Of a DNA stretch of 64,000 nucleotides, positions 62,592-64,000 are shown one piece after another. Within the stretch, counting starts at the first letter, position 1; each line of letters opens with the position of its first letter. Below the pieces are notes generated by a model. The model searched no databases, was not told where the DNA came from, and was given only the letters and a program-made list of their open reading frames with translations. The translations under genes were made by a program, and so were the position numbers. Source of the DNA: an uncultured Chitinophagaceae bacterium (lineage in GTDB: Bacteria; Planctomycetota; Planctomycetia; Pirellulales; UBA1268); contig CAZRKH010000126.1 in assembly GCA_964600785.1 (NCBI GenBank), positions 19,231 through 83,230 on the forward strand, in the 5' to 3' direction.

Positions 62592-64000
62592 TCAGAGCCC
62601 ACCGCTTGAAGGAATGAACAGCGTGGCCACCCAGTAGCAGGTCGCGGCAAGGGCCATCGCCACCGGCAGCGTGAGAATCCAGGCCAGGGCGATGTCGCGG
62701 ACGGTGCCTCCCTGGATGCCAGACTTGTTGGCCCACATCGTGCCGGCCACGCCACTGGAAAGCACGTGGGTGGTGCTCACCGGCAGCCCGCCGTAGTCGG
62801 CCATCCCGATGGTTGCGGCGGCCACGAGTTCCGCGGCCGCCCCCTGGGCGTAGGTCAGATGGGTTTTGCCGATTTTCTCACCGACGGTGACCACGATCCG
62901 CTTCCAGCCGACCATCGTTCCCAAGCCGAGACACAAGGCCACACCCATTACCACCCATTCCGGCACGTATTCCACAGGCTCGGCCAGTTGGCCGGAGAGG
63001 CCAAGCAGGAGTGTGCGACGGTCCTCGGCCATCTGATCGCCGAAGTAGTGCACCAGGGTGCGAACCGAGGCCCCCAGTTCCACCAGATGGGTCCGCACCT
63101 CCCACCGCTTGTCGGCCTCCAGATCGCCGAAGCTCTCCTTGCCGTCCAGGGCGCCGGCCACGCTCTTGGCAAGTGGCAGCGGATCGAGCGTGGCCAGCAC
63201 GGCATCGGCCTTGGGAAACGGATCGACCACCTGATCGACCACGCTGCGGGGCTTGTAGAAGTCGAAGGTGGCGTAGGGTTCGATCGTCGAGGCGACCGCA
63301 CGGTTTCGCTCGAAGGTCATCATCTTTTGGTTCTTCATCATCGCCTCGACCCGGGCGGTGGCCATGTGCTCTTCCTTGAGCGCCGTCATCGCCTCCACGA
63401 TCTCGGGGGCCGAGAGTTCCGCCTCGAGCTTGCGGGCTGCCTCCACGATCGCGGTGATGTCCTCGCGGCTGGTGCCCATGTTCAGCGCGTAGGTTGCGGG
63501 CACGATGCCGATGAGCACGAGCATGATCAGCCCCATGCCCTTCTGGCCGTCGTTGGAACCGTGGGCGAAACTCACGCCGGTGCAGGTGCCGATCAGGATG
63601 CCGCGAATCCACCAGGGCGGGGGCGCTTCGGAATCGGGTGGTTCGTAGAGTTTCTTGGAGGGGATCAGCCGCTTGCCGATCAAAAGCAGGCCCGCGGCCA
63701 GGCCGAAGCCCACCAGCGGCGAAAGCAGCAGGGCCATCCCGACCTCACCCGCCTTGTGCCAATTGATGCCCTTGAAAAGCGAGCCGTGTTCCAGCCAGGC
63801 GTTCATCATGCCCACGCCCATGATCGAGCCGATGAGGGAATGGGAACTCGAAGCCGGCAGCCCGCGATACCAGGTGGCGAAGTTCCAGATGATCGCCGCG
63901 GCAAGAAGCGAGAGCACCATCGCCAGGCCGCGGGATTCCTTGATGTTTACCAGCAGGTCGACCGGCAGCAGGTGCACGATGCTGAAGGCGACGCCGATGC
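62592..64000 (-). CDS. Inorganic phosphate transporter, PiT (PHO4) family; 5' end beyond the right edge
   Basis: GSNDGQKGMGLIMLVL and GLPVSTTHVLSSGVAGTM are PiT repeats, separated by a ~200-aa hydrophilic central loop. The reading frame stays open from 63977 to 64000 (…GIGVAFSIVHLLP), so the gene is truncated by the window. Confidence 0.85.
   Translation of the reverse strand, partial: IGVAFSIVHLLPVDLLVNIKESRGLAMVLSLLAAAIIWNFATWYRGLPASSSHSLIGSIMGVGMMNAWLEHGSLFKGINWHKAGEVGMALLLSPLVGFGLAAGLLLIGKRLIPSKKLYEPPDSEAPPPWWIRGILIGTCTGVSFAHGSNDGQKGMGLIMLVLIGIVPATYALNMGTSREDITAIVEAARKLEAELSAPEIVEAMTALKEEHMATARVEAMMKNQKMMTFERNRAVASTIEPYATFDFYKPRSVVDQVVDPFPKADAVLATLDPLPLAKSVAGALDGKESFGDLEADKRWEVRTHLVELGASVRTLVHYFGDQMAEDRRTLLLGLSGQLAEPVEYVPEWVVMGVALCLGLGTMVGWKRIVVTVGEKIGKTHLTYAQGAAAELVAAATIGMADYGGLPVSTTHVLSSGVAGTMWANKSGIQGGTVRDIALAWILTLPVAMALAATCYWVATLFIPSSGGL

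Noticed and set aside
1-64000. tRNA, rRNA, tmRNA, riboswitches, prophage or defence-island genes
   Set aside because: Scanning intergenic regions by eye, I found no cloverleaf-like or rRNA-like sequence. I also found no restriction, Cas, abortive-infection, toxin-antitoxin or phage structural motifs in any credible ORF. A covariance-model scan (Infernal/tRNAscan-SE) would be needed to exclude small RNAs.

Overview
High-GC chromosomal segment, gene-dense on both strands. I call about 46 protein-coding genes and recognise no rRNA, tRNA, CRISPR array, transposase, integrase or phage gene. Gene content suggests a Planctomycetota/PVC-type genome (inference): a DUF1559/H-X9-DG-like domain, a DUF1570-like HExxH protein, a PEP-CTERM protein, an ECF sigma plus Ser/Thr kinase pair, a very large LptD-like protein, and frequent GTG/TTG starts. 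Most genes are housekeeping. From left to right they are: DevC/DevA-like ABC exporter, recQ, sulfotransferase, NPP-type phosphodiesterase, a fused pxpBC plus pxpA (5-oxoprolinase), a complete livJHMGF-type amino-acid ABC importer, rlmKL, a P2-type cation ATPase plus CaCA exchanger, carB, ahpD, fabH, pepF, pepA, a DNase I-like secreted nuclease, an MMPL/RND exporter, lptD-like, ECF sigma/anti-sigma, tkt, lptF/G-family permease, PP2C phosphatase, PEGA lipoprotein, PEP-CTERM protein, TolC-like OMP, a transglutaminase-like/CBM protein, apbE, rsmG, an S41 C-terminal processing peptidase, a second ECF sigma with a membrane Ser/Thr kinase, and a partial PiT phosphate transporter. I did not find a convincing multi-gene novel system such as a defence island. 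The most unusual items are these. (1) An anti-sigma factor whose outer domain looks like a DUF1559 pseudopilin. (2) A LivG ATPase with an in-frame ~170-aa insertion containing two hydrophobic segments. (3) Two families of short repeated elements that carry or abut stop codons, one of them expanded into a 22-bp tandem array. (4) A 20-bp perfect inverted repeat bracketing a 332-bp non-coding island that reaches into the 3' end of the PEP-CTERM gene. (5) A coiled-coil/transglutaminase-like/CBM-like secreted protein. All functional calls come from reading motifs in the translations by eye; no database search was run.
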